Origin: Zootoca vivipara
Taxonomy: Eukaryota
Length of the DNA: 64,000 bases
Assembly: GCF_963506605.1 (NCBI RefSeq)
Contig: NC_083285.1
Coordinates: 26,722,001-26,786,000, forward strand
Direction of reading: 5' to 3'
Shown here: positions 62,896 to 64,000 of the stretch, piece by piece
How the letters are laid out: the number at the start of each line of letters is the position of its first letter
How positions within the stretch are numbered: position 1 is the first letter of the stretch
Notes under the pieces: model-generated
Database searches by the model: none
Told to the model about the DNA's origin: nothing
What the model saw: the letters and a program-made list of their open reading frames with translations, nothing else
Made by a program: the position numbers and the translations under genes

Positions 62896-63512
62896 ATGGT
62901 GACATTAGTATACATTAATGAAGGAGAATGGAATTAGTAATACGGCGCATATAGTCATTGCCTTCTGTATTAGAAATGGTCAGATTTTTTTTGTTCACCT
63001 TTTTACAACAGATTTGCACTTTAAGATAGCTTATGAATATCTTCAGAGCAATCTGCTTCCCCTCTCACCCAATACTCTCCCTTCTTCCAAGCCTATCACA
63101 GTTTATGCCCTCTTATTGGTCTCTTCCTAATACTGCTATTCATCTGGAATACATCTTGTTTTTCCTTTGGAAATATTAGAAGTTATATGTTTATATAATT
63201 GAGGTGGTTTTTTTAATGCACAAAATTGGGCTTATTTAGAAACGACTTGGTTTTAAATTATTACTGTACATGTTCTGTAGAGATTTCATCCTAAAAGATA
63301 ATTGCTCCAGATTGCCAGTAGATGGCACTAATTATGTATTCTTTCAAATATTTTAAATAGAATTACCCCCCTCCAAACAAGAAATCTTTCACATGCAGAC
63401 TTAATCTTGTTTGAAAAGCAATTCTAATCTAGAAAATATATCAGTAGTGTTCTACTTGACAGTTGAATAATCTAACAATATTTGAGAATTCATTACACTT
63501 TTGTGTCCCATC

Positions 63513-63602
63513 CATAGCTGCCAAGTTTTCCCTTTTCTCACGAGGAAGCCTATTCAGCCTAAGGGAATTTCCCTTAAAAAAAGGGATAACTTGGCAGCTA
63601 TG
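63513..63602. mobile_element. 90-bp hAT-type MITE
   Basis: TIR CATAGCTGCCAAGTT / AACTTGGCAGCTATG; TSD GTCCCATC. Confidence 0.85.
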
Positions 63603-64000
63603 GTCCCATCCTTTTCTGTGGATATGCAGATAAATTTTGTTTTATAAAAACTTTAATGTAAATTTGTAAGGATAAAATCAAACCTTTCTTCATATGTATT
63701 TATACAAAACATTGAAATATATTTTCTGTAGCAGAGCACCATATTTATATAGGGGGAAACTGACTTTGCTTTGCTGTGAGTTTGCATTTTATAAGCTCAT
63801 TCATCTCTTTTTCTCATTCACACTTTATGTTGCTTGCATCACCTTTTGCATGTAGTAGAAAGCTATTCTTCTTGCTCTTATAAGTCTAGAAAAGTAGAAT
63901 TACATGTATCATTTTAGTTACATTAATTGTTAAGATGTCTGAAAGACATGGATGCTTCTTAACACTAAAGTTTTTAAATACTGTGCAGTGTTTAATTGCT

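Noticed and set aside
61428-64000. MSRB3 catalytic-domain exons
   Set aside because: No matching reading frame seen; presumably right of the window

Overview
Vertebrate genomic DNA, most likely a lacertid lizard (inferred from Sauria-type SINEs, tRNA-Lys/CR1-tail SINEs and BovB). It covers the conserved WIF1(-)/LEMD3(+)/MSRB3(+) block. WIF1: coding exons 1-2; the gene continues off the left edge. LEMD3/MAN1: complete 13-exon CDS of 2817 nt (938 aa), with one GC-AG intron. MSRB3: two alternative 5' coding exons (ER signal peptide and mitochondrial targeting peptide); the catalytic exons lie beyond the right edge. The rest is intronic or intergenic and rich in repeats: hAT MITEs with 8-bp TSDs, Tigger-like MITEs, a near full-length decayed mariner, L1, CR1, RTE/BovB and L2 fragments, Penelope-like hairpins with hammerhead-ribozyme remnants, and one 168-N assembly gap. 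I found no clearly new protein-coding system. The best leads are regulatory or structural: the MSRB3 exon that converts the ER-signal ORF into a uORF, the hammerhead-like motifs, a duplicated SINE pair recording CpG decay at the WIF1 island edge, a composite hAT element with a long internal hairpin, and oriented CTCF motifs. Comparisons with human orthologues and repeat families are from memory, not database searches.
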